A stretch of DNA of 64,000 nt from Candidatus Latescibacterota bacterium (GCA_965237675.1 OZ250150.1:1824001-1888000); one strand, 5' to 3'. Positions 37,554 to 48,165 are shown, counted from the stretch's first letter. The notes: a model not told the origin generated them from the sequence alone. Numbers and translations are program-made.

Positions 37554-38890
37554 TGGGGTTCTACGCGCTCTACCGATTGCTATGGCGCCCGGTTATCATT
37601 GCATTCTATGTGCTTTTGGCCGGGATAATTCTATTGGTGCTTTCGGCTGCCGGCACGGATTTTCCCTCGCTGCCTGAACCGGGACGCCTCATCCTGCTCA
37701 CCCTCGCTTTTTCTTCACTTGCCGGCTTCTTTGTCGGCCAGAGTGTGGGCGAGATCCAGCACACGCCGCTCTCCTGGTCGATTCCCCGTATACGCAGGCG
37801 GCTCGTTTCTTCGGTAGGCTTCACAGGAGCCGTCATCGCCGTCCTGACAACCTGGGCCTACCATTGGATGGGCGGTTCTGCCCCCATAATCCCAATTCTA
37901 ACGTCCGGCTTTCTCTGGTACAGTTTGACATTTACGATCGGAACCTACGAATTCCTGGACGCTCGATCGCTCTGGATCCGCAAATCCGCTGTCTCGTTTC
38001 TTGCGATTTTGATTTTCGTTTTCGGCGTACTCTCGATCAATCGGATCACCGAACTTTACATGTCCCAACCGGCTATATGCGCGCTTGTTACGCTGATTGT
38101 CGCGCTACTCTATTTGAGACGCAGCTTTGGCGTTAACGCCGCCAGGGGAAAATCGCTTGTCTCGATGCCGTTGTTCCATCGGTTCACGTTCGGAACTTAC
38201 AAAACGTCGAAATTGGCCGCACGGAGAAACTCCAGGCGGAGATGGAAACTCACAGCTCCGCTCACCGGCCTTATCGACTGGATCCGCGCCGGCGAGTACG
38301 AGAACTACGGCACCGTCCGGGTCGGATTGGTGGGTGCGTTTCCGCACTCGGTTGGGTTCCTGGTTGTCGTGGCGGTCATGGTTCGGATTGTCGGGCCAGA
38401 TCAGGTGGTCGGAGCCGTTGTCACGCCCGTGAGCGTAGGCCTTGTCATGTTGCAGCTATCGTTGTACCTGAAAAAAGGCTGGCTCTATCCCCTCTCTCGA
38501 GTGCAGTTGGCGAGACTCGCTTACTGGAGCAGCCTTCTACATAACGCTCTATATTGCGGGATCATTTTATTGTCATTTTTTCTGCTGGAAGGACTCACCG
38601 GAATTTTTGCAGGGCTCGACCTCTCGCGTCCTCTCCTGCTGATGTTTATCTGCAACCCGGTCATTCAATGGATGCGCCTTCGATGCGTGCACATGAATAT
38701 TTCTTCATACGCAATATTATTGGCGCCTTTCCTGATTGGCTATTCGATCCTGAATGCGGCGTGGCTTGGTTGGGTCACAGATATTTCCTTCGCCTATGAG
38801 TCCGCCGCGGTTGCAGGTCTGATCCTCCTATCCCAGGGGCTCTTTCGTTACAGAGTGATGACCTACTACAAAAAGGGCGATCTCGTCTGA
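37550..38890 (+). CDS. Putative ABC permease, paralog 1
   Basis: Multi-TM, overlaps the ATPase stop; motifs WIRAGEYEN, KGWLYPLSR.QLARLAY, LILLSQGLFRY...GDLV. Confidence 0.7.
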   Translation: MMGFYALYRLLWRPVIIAFYVLLAGIILLVLSAAGTDFPSLPEPGRLILLTLAFSSLAGFFVGQSVGEIQHTPLSWSIPRIRRRLVSSVGFTGAVIAVLTTWAYHWMGGSAPIIPILTSGFLWYSLTFTIGTYEFLDARSLWIRKSAVSFLAILIFVFGVLSINRITELYMSQPAICALVTLIVALLYLRRSFGVNAARGKSLVSMPLFHRFTFGTYKTSKLAARRNSRRRWKLTAPLTGLIDWIRAGEYENYGTVRVGLVGAFPHSVGFLVVVAVMVRIVGPDQVVGAVVTPVSVGLVMLQLSLYLKKGWLYPLSRVQLARLAYWSSLLHNALYCGIILLSFFLLEGLTGIFAGLDLSRPLLLMFICNPVIQWMRLRCVHMNISSYAILLAPFLIGYSILNAAWLGWVTDISFAYESAAVAGLILLSQGLFRYRVMTYYKKGDLV

Positions 38891-38926
38891 TCCGCGTTTC
38901 CGCATGGTCCTTAAGGGGATCATCTT

Positions 38927-40249
38927 ATGGGTGTCTACGCACTATTCGGATTGCTGTTGCGTCCATTGCACATCGCGATGTCTGTGGTCACAGTTGCGTT
39001 CTTTTTGGCCCAGATTGGATCAACTGCCAACGTTCTTGTACTGTCGTCACCGGCAATTTGCGGCGCTTTGCTTGGGAGAATCGTACAAGAACTCCGGCAT
39101 ACCCTGCTTTCGTGGACATTGCCCACCCTGCGACGGCGGCTATTCTCTTCGCTGCTCTTCGGCGGCGTTGTCACCGCGATCATCGAAACGTGGATTTACA
39201 CATCCGCTGGTGGTACTGCCCCGTGGGTCCCCATCTTCTCATCCGTTGTCCTCTGGTACAGTGTGGGACTGATTTTGGGTACGAATCCAATTCTGGCCAC
39301 GATGTTTCGGGACATCCGTCGATACGGTTTTGTTGTTTTCATTTGGATCCTGATGTTCGCCGCGATGTTCACGATCGATCGAATCGTCGAACTCTACAAT
39401 ATACAACCCGTTCTGTGTGTCCTCCTGGCATTGCTTGGTGCGTCGCTCTGTCTTCATCGTTTCTTTGACGTCAATATTGCCAGAGAAAACGCACTTGGCT
39501 CAGTGACGCACACGCAGGGCTTGAAGGCGGAATCCCGGCGGCAATGGCGGCGTATGGGCCCTTTCACCGGACTGTTTAACTGGATTCGAGCCGGCGAATA
39601 TGAAAACTTCGGCTTCAGACGCGTAGGATGGCCCGCCAGAGCGGCCTTTCTCCCGGGCATAGCAGTACTCGGGTTTGCGGCCTGCGTCATTTTACTGACT
39701 GATGACATGCCCGGTAACGTAATGCGGCGACAATCTCTCGGTTTCCAGCGGGTGGCAAACATGTTCCTAACTGTGGGTCCTGCGATTTACGCCGTGGCTT
39801 ACTCCATCAACGAATCTTTATTCCTTCAGAAAGGTTGGCTTTATCCTCAATCACGCACGCAATTCGCGAGACTAGCGTACTGGAGTGGCCTTCTCTACGG
39901 CGCTGTGTTTTTTTGGATCATGTTGCTGGCGTTTCTTGTCAGGGAGAACCTGATGCCTCAATATGCAGGTTACGACTATATCCGTCCTCTAACCCTGATA
40001 TTGATCTCTATCCCGTTCTTTCAGTGGCTGCGCGTGCGTTATGGACCGCTTTTTTTCCAAACATCTACTGGGGTTGTGACCATTTGCGGCCTGTTAGGCG
40101 TTTTGGTACTGAGTTGGTACTCGCTTAAAGCGGCTCCGCATATACCTGATGTGTATGAGTTCGTATCGTTCTCAGGTCTGATCCTTCTCTCCCAGTTCCT
40201 CTTTCGTTACAAAGTGATGGCCTATTTCAAAACAGGCGATCTCGTCTGA
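38927..40249 (+). CDS. Putative ABC permease, paralog 2
   Basis: Same WIRAGEYENF / KGWLYP / FRYKV..GDLV motifs. Confidence 0.7.
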   Translation: MGVYALFGLLLRPLHIAMSVVTVAFFLAQIGSTANVLVLSSPAICGALLGRIVQELRHTLLSWTLPTLRRRLFSSLLFGGVVTAIIETWIYTSAGGTAPWVPIFSSVVLWYSVGLILGTNPILATMFRDIRRYGFVVFIWILMFAAMFTIDRIVELYNIQPVLCVLLALLGASLCLHRFFDVNIARENALGSVTHTQGLKAESRRQWRRMGPFTGLFNWIRAGEYENFGFRRVGWPARAAFLPGIAVLGFAACVILLTDDMPGNVMRRQSLGFQRVANMFLTVGPAIYAVAYSINESLFLQKGWLYPQSRTQFARLAYWSGLLYGAVFFWIMLLAFLVRENLMPQYAGYDYIRPLTLILISIPFFQWLRVRYGPLFFQTSTGVVTICGLLGVLVLSWYSLKAAPHIPDVYEFVSFSGLILLSQFLFRYKVMAYFKTGDLV

Positions 40250-40282
40250 AACGCGTGTCGGCGTCGTCCTACAGGTGACAGA

Positions 40283-41731
40283 ATGATGGGGTTCTACTCG
40301 AAATTCCGATTCATTTGGCGCATGGTAAGCCTCACCTTCCTTACTGCGATCGTATCGTGCGCAATTTGGTTCACAGATCTTCATACTTTGTTTCATGGAG
40401 AGTTCAGATTCGTTCGCCATAACCTGTTGCCGTTATTGTTTCCGGCGGTTACAGGCTTTGTCGTTGGGAGTTTTGGGCGCGGGCTTCATGTCGTGTCGAT
40501 ATTTCGGACACTGCCCAATTTCCGAAGGCATATCATCTATACAATACTCTGTCTTGGTATCGCCACCGCCCTGTTGATTTCGTGGGTGTACACAAACCTT
40601 GGCGGTTCTGCGCCGTGGCTACCCATATTCACGTCCGGGTTCCTGTGGTTCAAATTGGGGATTGTCTCAGGTTGGAATCTGATGTACATCACGAAGAACG
40701 ACACGGATCTTTCGGAGCATCGCACCCATTCTGTCGTATTCGCGTTTTCCGCAATGCTCATGCTTTTTCTTGCGGGTTTCTGGTCGGATAAGTTGGCTGT
40801 CATTTATCAGGCCCATGCTTTTCTTTCCGTTCTCCTGACAACGCTCGGGGCTACGCTCTGTTTTTGCAATGTCTTTGGCGTCGCGGGCCCCGGAAAGAGA
40901 ACGCTTTTCCTCAGGCCTTCGGCTGGACGGACCAGGGTTAGAATCCAAGGTAAGAATGGTCAGGCCTCCAAGAGGGGATGCATCCGGAAATGGCGGCATA
41001 CAGGTCCGATCACCCGACTTCTGGACTGGATTCGAGCCGGTGAATTCGAAAACTTCAGTATAATTCCGGGACGATGGCTATCTATTTGCATCGGAATCTC
41101 GGCTGTAACAGTGCTGATTACAGCGGCCGGCGGGTATATAGGGGGACACAAGAGGGGTTCCCACGAGATGGGTATTCAATTTGTATACCATACTTTGGTT
41201 GATCCGGCAACTTTTAAGAATAACACCCACGTGATCGTATCGATGATTCCTGCGTTGGTCGTTTCGTTTTTCGCCGTTTTTGGATCGCTGTTCCTTAAAA
41301 GGGGTTGGCTCTATCCGCTTTCCAGGTCCCAGTTGGCCAGATACGCGTACATCGGAAGCCTTATTTGCAACACGGTGTTTTGTGGGATCCTGTTACTATC
41401 GTTTTATTTTTCTGGAATCCTCGTAGGACTCCTTGAAGGGTACGGCGTCCATTTTGGAACTATCCCCGACCTTATCCGACCGCTTATACTGATATTTGCA
41501 GTGACTCCACTTATTCATTGGCTACGCCTGCGCGACAAACCAGCTGCACCATTTGTTGCGCTATTCCTGATCTTTCCGGTTGTTGGTGTATTGGGGTCGG
41601 TGTGGCTTGAAAAGGGTTCCGGCGTATCCAGTATCTACGAGATCCTCGGATGCTCTGCTTTGATCCTTGTATCACAGGGCCTCTTTCGTTACAAAGTCGA
41701 GACCTATTTTCGGAGGGCGGATCTCGTCTGA
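40283..41731 (+). CDS. Putative ABC permease, paralog 3
   Basis: WIRAGEFENF / RGWLYPLSRSQLAR / FRYKV..ADLV motifs. Confidence 0.7.
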   Translation: MMGFYSKFRFIWRMVSLTFLTAIVSCAIWFTDLHTLFHGEFRFVRHNLLPLLFPAVTGFVVGSFGRGLHVVSIFRTLPNFRRHIIYTILCLGIATALLISWVYTNLGGSAPWLPIFTSGFLWFKLGIVSGWNLMYITKNDTDLSEHRTHSVVFAFSAMLMLFLAGFWSDKLAVIYQAHAFLSVLLTTLGATLCFCNVFGVAGPGKRTLFLRPSAGRTRVRIQGKNGQASKRGCIRKWRHTGPITRLLDWIRAGEFENFSIIPGRWLSICIGISAVTVLITAAGGYIGGHKRGSHEMGIQFVYHTLVDPATFKNNTHVIVSMIPALVVSFFAVFGSLFLKRGWLYPLSRSQLARYAYIGSLICNTVFCGILLLSFYFSGILVGLLEGYGVHFGTIPDLIRPLILIFAVTPLIHWLRLRDKPAAPFVALFLIFPVVGVLGSVWLEKGSGVSSIYEILGCSALILVSQGLFRYKVETYFRRADLV

Positions 41732-41768
41732 CCCGCGCATGGGTGTTTTCCATCTGCAGACCGCACTC

Positions 41769-44700
41769 CTATGGCAGCGCCTGGAACTCATTCCAGACCG
41801 CGCCCGCTTTCCCCTCTTCCAACCCCGAAGTCGGAAGCAGGAAGAAGAGCCCCTCGATTCGTTCCCGGGGCGTCATCCAACGGCCAACGTTGCCTCCAAG
41901 CGTGCACCCCTCCTCGCCCCAGGACTCACCGCCTGTGCGCGCCCGATCTCCCTTTCCGCTCAGGAACAACGCCTCTCCGCTCTTCCCCAGAATTCCACCC
42001 CAATTCCAGCGCCCGGCCTCGACCTCGTGGGGCGCCGCCAGTGCGGTAATCGACTCGTGGCAACCATTATAGAACGACGCGGTCCCGGGCGAGGCGGCGA
42101 AACTGGGCCAGACGCTAAAGCCCATGTTACCACTGGCGCTGATCCCCAGTTCATCGCGGCAGCTCGGCAGAATCGCAAGCACGTCGGCGCCGGGCGCCAG
42201 CAGGTACTCGACCGCGATGGACTGGCCCCGGACAGGCTCCTGCGCGATGCGGCAATGGACGCGCACGCCGCGCCATACCAGGCCCTGGCGCCCCTTCCGT
42301 TCGATTTTCAGGTAGCGAAAACGTTCCTTGTAAAGCGTATCCCACAGCCGGCTGTACATGGGCGAGATGCCGCCGTGCCAGGGATTCATCCAGCCTCGCG
42401 GCCCCGCTTCGGGGTACGAACTGTTGAGATACTCCCGGCCGTCCCGACGGAGGGATATGACGGACCCCAGGAAAGAAGGCGCGACCTTCACGTTCAATAT
42501 CCCGTTGTCCAACACGATCAACCGCCCCTTCTCCTGGCGTGACACGCTTACCTGGCCAGCGTCCGCGGGAAGGATCAGCGCCTTTTCGGTAAACCGGTAG
42601 ACCGCCTCGCCTGTCTCGAAACGCACGCGTATACTTTCAGTCCCTGGCCGGTCTGAACCTGTGGAGTGAAACACCACCTTTCGCACGACAGGGTTGGACT
42701 CACAAAGGCCTGAAACCTCAACAGACGTGACGTTCGGGCGCAGACCGACGGATTCCTCCACAATGAGTTTCCCGTCGAGCGTGTATTCCCCAACGTGGCT
42801 TAGGCGCAGGGTCGCGTCGGCCTTTTCGCCCGTTACCAAAAGCGGTCCTGGCTCGATCGTGAATTCGAGCGGCCTGCGCGTCGGTAAAGGCGACGCCTCG
42901 ACCTCCGGAACGCTGCCGAACAGGGTCCGCCACCATCCCCGGATCGTCTGCCAGTTCCCATCGCCGGCGAAAGCGTATATCGGGTCGAGCGACTTCGACT
43001 CACCCGCCTTCAACGGGACCGCCTCCTGCCGAACACTGCCCCAACGGCCGGGTTCCACTCGCGAGGCCCGGTTCCAGAGAATTCCGGCGGCGCAGGCATC
43101 CTCGTTTTCAACGCAGAACCATCCCTCCGGCCACGTCTCCCCACCCTCGGAGAGCCGGAGTTCGCCCATCTCGCGCCCGCCGGAATCGGCAACCTGACGG
43201 TACACCCCCTGCTTCCGCGGCACGATGTACGCCGCGACGGGGCTGATCGTTATCGTCCAATTCTGTTCCATCGACAGGTTCAGCGGCTGGGCCGACCCGT
43301 TGATCACCGTATCCACGACCTGCACCAGCGGGCCGTGCCCCACCGCGACCCGCCTGTCCAGCATCACGCCCGGTCGAAGCACTGACCGGGTCCGCAGCCG
43401 GAGTACAACGCCGAAGGCGTCTCGTTCGACCCACGCCTCGGCCTTCTCCTGAAACAGATCGCCTCCGGAAAAGGGCGGTCCAAGCGTCGGGTTGCGCAGG
43501 TCCAGCATAGGGGACCTCAGCGACCGAAGCCTGTGGAAGATCGATAGTTCCCCGTTGCGCAAATCGGCGCTGACCATCAGTCCGCCGCCGCAGAGCAGGG
43601 CGCCCTGCTCCCCGACGCCTCCGGACACGCCTCCTCGCTCAGCGGCCAACAGGTCGAGGCGTTTGGTCTTGACCGGAATTGCCTTACCGTCACCTATGGC
43701 AGTCGTCTCGACGTCAATCGCAACGGGCCCGGTGTGCGGGGCCGTAACCGGTACGGCCAACTCGGCGCCGCCCTTCGGGTCAAGCGTCACCCTCCGTTCG
43801 CCATGCGTCACATCGGCGCCTCCCGCCGGTCTCACCCGCAGTTTCGCTGAACATGCCTCGTCCAGGTTCGACCGAAGTGTAAGCACCGCATCCTGCGGCT
43901 TCCCGGGCGTCAGGATCGAGCGAGGGGCATCAATGGAAACATCCACAGCCTGGCGTGCGTCGATCCCGGCCGTGAGTTCGATCCCGACGCCGTCGATCAC
44001 CAGGTCGGTACGCAGCACCGCCGCTTTGGGTTCGTGTATTCTTTCCTCGATATTCGGATCGATTACGAATGTAACCTCAAGCTCCGCGGCGTCCGTGACA
44101 TCCAGCGCCTCGCGCTTGTCGACCGCAACACCCGGATCGCCCGAGGCGGTGAGAAAGACGTGAACCGGATCCGGTTTCTTGTTCACAATGCGCCAGCGTA
44201 CGGGGTGGGGGACACCCGCAACCAGCTTCTCGTCGGGCAGGCTGCAAGACGCCATCAGATCGCTGTTCTCGATCTCGATGATCCCCCAACTCTGACGGTC
44301 GAACACGAGTCTGAGGAAATCGCCGTCCGGGGCCCGCCATAGATACTGGTAAACCTTCACCCTGCCCCGCGTCATCACGTCCTCTTCCGGCTTGAGTTCC
44401 CGAACGTGGGTTACGTACCAGTCGTGCCTGGCGAAAAAAGCGGCGGCGAGCGGATGCCGGCGGGCGGCGGGAACGAAGTTTTCCATGTGTACGGACGAGT
44501 CCGGCCGCCACATAAACCCCATCTTTTTGTACAGCGGCATCGCCATCAAATTACCCGGCCACGTGTACAGATCGACGCGCTGGAACCCATCCTCGTACGC
44601 GCGGTCCAGCGCGGCCCACAGCACGGACTTTCCGTGCTTCTTCCCGTGGTAATCCGGGCGGCAATTGAGGTACGGAACAGACGCGTGTACCTGCTGTCCC

Positions 44701-44954
44701 GGCTTTGCCCGGATCTTGCAGATGCTGATGATGCTCTGACTATTCTCCGTGACGAAGGCCCCCATCAGATTGCTCTCGCGAATATCCCGCTCCTGTTCGT
44801 CGGGAGTCGTCTGCCACCCTCCGCCTCCCGGCCAGGCCACGTCCGCCGCCATCTCGAGCGCGTAGAGTTTCTCCGCGTCGCCCTTTCGCCAGTCGTCCAC
44901 GAGGTCTCTGGTCTTGTGGAGCAAAGGCTCCTCCTTCCAGCCTCTTTTTTTCAA
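41769..44954 (-). CDS. Large multidomain protein with N-terminal GNAT acetyltransferase domain (start uncertain)
   Basis: 'LNCRPDYHGKKHGKSVL', 'LYTWPGNLMAMPLYKKMGF' GNAT motifs A/B followed by ~850 aa of beta-rich domains. Confidence 0.75.
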   Translation of the reverse strand: MKKRGWKEEPLLHKTRDLVDDWRKGDAEKLYALEMAADVAWPGGGGWQTTPDEQERDIRESNLMGAFVTENSQSIISICKIRAKPGQQVHASVPYLNCRPDYHGKKHGKSVLWAALDRAYEDGFQRVDLYTWPGNLMAMPLYKKMGFMWRPDSSVHMENFVPAARRHPLAAAFFARHDWYVTHVRELKPEEDVMTRGRVKVYQYLWRAPDGDFLRLVFDRQSWGIIEIENSDLMASCSLPDEKLVAGVPHPVRWRIVNKKPDPVHVFLTASGDPGVAVDKREALDVTDAAELEVTFVIDPNIEERIHEPKAAVLRTDLVIDGVGIELTAGIDARQAVDVSIDAPRSILTPGKPQDAVLTLRSNLDEACSAKLRVRPAGGADVTHGERRVTLDPKGGAELAVPVTAPHTGPVAIDVETTAIGDGKAIPVKTKRLDLLAAERGGVSGGVGEQGALLCGGGLMVSADLRNGELSIFHRLRSLRSPMLDLRNPTLGPPFSGGDLFQEKAEAWVERDAFGVVLRLRTRSVLRPGVMLDRRVAVGHGPLVQVVDTVINGSAQPLNLSMEQNWTITISPVAAYIVPRKQGVYRQVADSGGREMGELRLSEGGETWPEGWFCVENEDACAAGILWNRASRVEPGRWGSVRQEAVPLKAGESKSLDPIYAFAGDGNWQTIRGWWRTLFGSVPEVEASPLPTRRPLEFTIEPGPLLVTGEKADATLRLSHVGEYTLDGKLIVEESVGLRPNVTSVEVSGLCESNPVVRKVVFHSTGSDRPGTESIRVRFETGEAVYRFTEKALILPADAGQVSVSRQEKGRLIVLDNGILNVKVAPSFLGSVISLRRDGREYLNSSYPEAGPRGWMNPWHGGISPMYSRLWDTLYKERFRYLKIERKGRQGLVWRGVRVHCRIAQEPVRGQSIAVEYLLAPGADVLAILPSCRDELGISASGNMGFSVWPSFAASPGTASFYNGCHESITALAAPHEVEAGRWNWGGILGKSGEALFLSGKGDRARTGGESWGEEGCTLGGNVGRWMTPRERIEGLFFLLPTSGLEEGKAGAVWNEFQALP

Positions 44955-44960
44955 AAACCT

Positions 44961-44991
44961 GAATTTACATGGATGGACAGGATCGACAGGA
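44961..44991 (+). repeat. Second copy of the 31-bp GGATGGACA repeat
   Basis: Matches 26221-26251. Confidence 0.75.
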
Positions 44992-45219
44992 TTAAAACCC
45001 GAAAGCCGGAAGAATGCTCCCTACTCCGAGGCATAGCGAAGAATCCGCAATTCTGAAGAATGTCGGTATATTCTACGCTGAAGTTATTGAAAAACAATCA
45101 ATTACTCAACAATACCAGCGGTCTTCGTGAATCGTTCAACCAGGTTCAGCCCTCGCTGAATTGAGTTGCGTGTTTCGTATTATTAAACAATAGTTTAATA
45201 TAGTGTAAAATATATTATC

Positions 45220-45426
45220 AATATTGAGTCCACTCCGAAAAGTGAGATTCGCGTGATTTTCTTCCAATTTGGATCAGGAACGGCCATTTTCAACAAAAGC
45301 TATATCCCCATAAATCATTATATATCATAGTGTTATATCAAGTATGATTTTGATTTACTTCTGAGTGAAACACCAACTTGGACCTCGTCAGAGTGGATTT
45401 TGACTTTTCGGAGGAGACTCAATATT
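45220..45426. mobile_element. AT-rich ~200-bp MITE / IS remnant with terminal inverted repeats
   Basis: AATATT-GAGTCCACTCCGAAAAGT ... ACTTTTCGGAGGAGACTC-AATATT (16/18 match), no ORF inside. Confidence 0.72.
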
Positions 45427-45645
45427 AATTTCGAAAAACTAAAACTGACACCTCGGCACACGTCCGGTGCAACGTGATTGAGACCCGGCCCATCCGCTCA
45501 CTCAACCACCCGGAAAACCACGTGCCGTTCGGCATGCCACGAGAACCCCTGCCTGCTGAGCAATTCGCCGAGTGTCATGTGGTAGTCGGTGTGTTCCGGA
45601 TCGAGCCGTATCGTCTCATCCAGCGCCTTCCGGGCGCTCGCCGTG

Positions 45646-47979
45646 TCACTTCACCACGAACCCCGCCTCCTTGTACACCGTCTCGCCACTGTTCATATCC
45701 GTGACCGCCACCTGCAGCACCTGCCGCCCCTCGTTGTCCTGTCCCAGTTGCAGCGCTACGTATTCCACCTCTGTCGACTCCGTCCCCACCTGCTCGGATG
45801 CCACCTCGACCTCCACCTGCCGATTCCCTCGCAGCCTCACCAGCCGTGCGATATTGCCGACCTCGGATTTTCCCTTTTCACCCACGGTATAGGCGACCCG
45901 GTATCTCGTCCGCCCGAACGTATCCCTGGCCAGATTGTAGATTTCGTAATAGACGTAGACGCTGTGGCCCCTTCCATACGTCCGGGTGGGTATTGGCACG
46001 ACGTGCAATTCCCCCTTGCTGAACTTGCCGTCCGCACCGTCCTCCGTGATCCGCCAGGCCAGTTCCAGATCGCTCATCCGAAGACCGGTCTCCGGGTAGG
46101 CTTCCACGTGGATCGTCTGCCGGTACCGCCCGCGCTTGCCGGTGCGTTTGTCCCTGGCCTTCACCTCCATCCGGTAGTGGCCCGGCGGGACGTCCAGCCG
46201 AACGACGTCCGGAACAAACGCGCCCTGGTGTTGCCTCACGTCCCCCTGGCGCCGGAACCGAACGTCGCCCTTCATGCGGTACACCGTGCCGGATTCTTCA
46301 TTCAACACGGCAACGGTCGTTTCGACATCCAGCAACGTCGTGTCCTCGGCCTCCAGGTATTGCGCTGTTTCCTGCGGAATCCCTGCATAGACCTCCAAAG
46401 CCGACGCCGCGTCGATCCTCCCGCGGAAATCCGCCAGATCGTAGTAGAACTCGAGGGGATCTTCATTCTCGGGCGGCTGGAAGTAGTTTGGTGTGCGCGC
46501 GGCCGTGTGCATACTTACATTTTGGGGACTTAACCGGCTAAACATGGCCAGTTTTCGAATGTCGATATCCACGTCGACCGGCGGCGGCGCGAAATCAAAG
46601 GCGCCGTTCAACATCTCATCCGTAAACGTCACCTCCATTCCACCGCCCACGCCGTTATTGACGAAGACCCAGCTTTCCCACGGCACCATCGATTCGTCGG
46701 GTCCATTTGCAATCACCGGCCTGTAGGCGGGCGCCATGAATCCGCCGAAGTCTTGCCCCACGGGGATGCTGCGAACCGGAAACGCGACCAGGATGTCTCC
46801 CCAACGCGAAACCGCTGCCGCGCCGTGGATCTGCCCTGCAAGCGCTTCCTTCACGCGCTGGACCTCCACGCTCTGCTGGAAATTTACCCAGTCAGACCTT
46901 GAACGATGGTCGGGCTCGCCGAATCTCACGTACATCTCTCCCCGCGTATCCCACGGCTGCTTCGCTCTTGCGAAATGCCGCCGTGCGAACCAAACGCGCC
47001 GGTAATGCTCCAACTGCCGCTCATTGGCCACAGTTGTCAGATCCGGATCCCGGTCTCCCCAGAACCGGTTCAGGTACGCTTCTCGATCCGGCGCCTGGCT
47101 GAACGACTCGTATTCCACGGGAGAAGCCAGGAGACGGATATCTTCATATAGCATCCTTTCGGCAGATTCACACGTTTCAAGATATCGGCTGAATGCAACC
47201 TCCGCCACGTCGAGGGAATCGAGTTCGATAAAAGCGTTCGCGAGGACGGGCAACAGCTCGATCGCATCGGGATGACTCCGCATCCCCCTGCGCATCAGAT
47301 CCACAACGCGAGCATGGTCGCCGAGTTTTCCAAGCGACCCCGCCAGGCGCAGCGTGACGTCCAGATCATCGGGTCTAAGAGTCAGGTATCGTTCGTAGTG
47401 CTCCGCCGCGCGTAGATGATCTTGCTTGAATGTCTCATACCATTCCCCGAGCATCCGGTATGCGGGGGCAAACGTGGCATCCATCTCCAGCAACTTCTCC
47501 GCCTCGCGCTTCACGTCGTGTTCTCCCAACGCGTATCTCGCCTCGGCGATATGGTACCTCGCTTCCAGGTAGTTGCGGTTATATTGCAACGCCTTTTTGA
47601 AGTAGTCGATCGCCGTGTACAGGCCCTTCGGTTTCTCCCGCCACACCAGCCCGAGTCCGTTGTATGCCGGAGCGAAATCGTGTTTACTGCGCCGCGCATC
47701 CATAAACGCACGTTCCGCCGCATCTAAGTTGCCTCCCTTGAGATACACGTGGCCCAGACCGACGTACGAAGGCGCGTGTTTCCTGTCGATCTCGATTGCC
47801 GCCCGGAATTTCGCCGATGCCGCGTCCAGGCTGTCGCTGTCGAACAGATCCATTCCCTCGCTGTAGAGGTTCTGTACCAACGTACGGTCCTCACTGCGCA
47901 TTGATGTCACCCCGGCCTCCGCGTTGAACAATGTCATCGCGGCCATGGCCAGAACCTCCATAACCGCTGCTGGTCTCAT
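45646..47979 (-). CDS. TPR + GWxTD-like domain protein (3), variant motif PWDTRG
   Basis: Multiple TPRs, 'FW..RDPDLTT..NERQLEHYRRV.FA', 'PWDTRGEMYVRFGEPD', 'MSDLELA...PIPTRTY...VYYEIYNL'. Confidence 0.82.
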   Translation of the reverse strand: MRPAAVMEVLAMAAMTLFNAEAGVTSMRSEDRTLVQNLYSEGMDLFDSDSLDAASAKFRAAIEIDRKHAPSYVGLGHVYLKGGNLDAAERAFMDARRSKHDFAPAYNGLGLVWREKPKGLYTAIDYFKKALQYNRNYLEARYHIAEARYALGEHDVKREAEKLLEMDATFAPAYRMLGEWYETFKQDHLRAAEHYERYLTLRPDDLDVTLRLAGSLGKLGDHARVVDLMRRGMRSHPDAIELLPVLANAFIELDSLDVAEVAFSRYLETCESAERMLYEDIRLLASPVEYESFSQAPDREAYLNRFWGDRDPDLTTVANERQLEHYRRVWFARRHFARAKQPWDTRGEMYVRFGEPDHRSRSDWVNFQQSVEVQRVKEALAGQIHGAAAVSRWGDILVAFPVRSIPVGQDFGGFMAPAYRPVIANGPDESMVPWESWVFVNNGVGGGMEVTFTDEMLNGAFDFAPPPVDVDIDIRKLAMFSRLSPQNVSMHTAARTPNYFQPPENEDPLEFYYDLADFRGRIDAASALEVYAGIPQETAQYLEAEDTTLLDVETTVAVLNEESGTVYRMKGDVRFRRQGDVRQHQGAFVPDVVRLDVPPGHYRMEVKARDKRTGKRGRYRQTIHVEAYPETGLRMSDLELAWRITEDGADGKFSKGELHVVPIPTRTYGRGHSVYVYYEIYNLARDTFGRTRYRVAYTVGEKGKSEVGNIARLVRLRGNRQVEVEVASEQVGTESTEVEYVALQLGQDNEGRQVLQVAVTDMNSGETVYKEAGFVVK

Positions 47980-48124
47980 TTTGAACCCCCAGGAAATAAA
48001 CAGTTCTTTCGCAAATTTGGCGCGGTTTCAGGTAAGCAGGTTTGCGCTTACTCGTCCGGGTGGACCTCAAAGGACTACAAAACGGTCCTGCGTGTGTCCA
48101 CAATATGCAGCCCGCCTGGTCTTG

Positions 48125-48165
48125 CTCCCCCTCTCCCACTGGGAGAGGGGGTTGGGGGGTGAGGG
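48125..48165. repeat. CCCCTCTCCC/GGGAGAGGGG palindromic intergenic repeat
   Basis: CTCCCCCTCTCCCACTGGGAGAGGGGGTTGGGGGGTGAGGG hairpin with G-tracts. Confidence 0.65.

Noticed and set aside
47979-48006. Second ECF promoter (GAACTG-N16-TCAAA) before GWxTD gene 3
   Set aside because: The -10 element abuts the annotated ATG and differs from the box at 52919; plausible only with a later start codon
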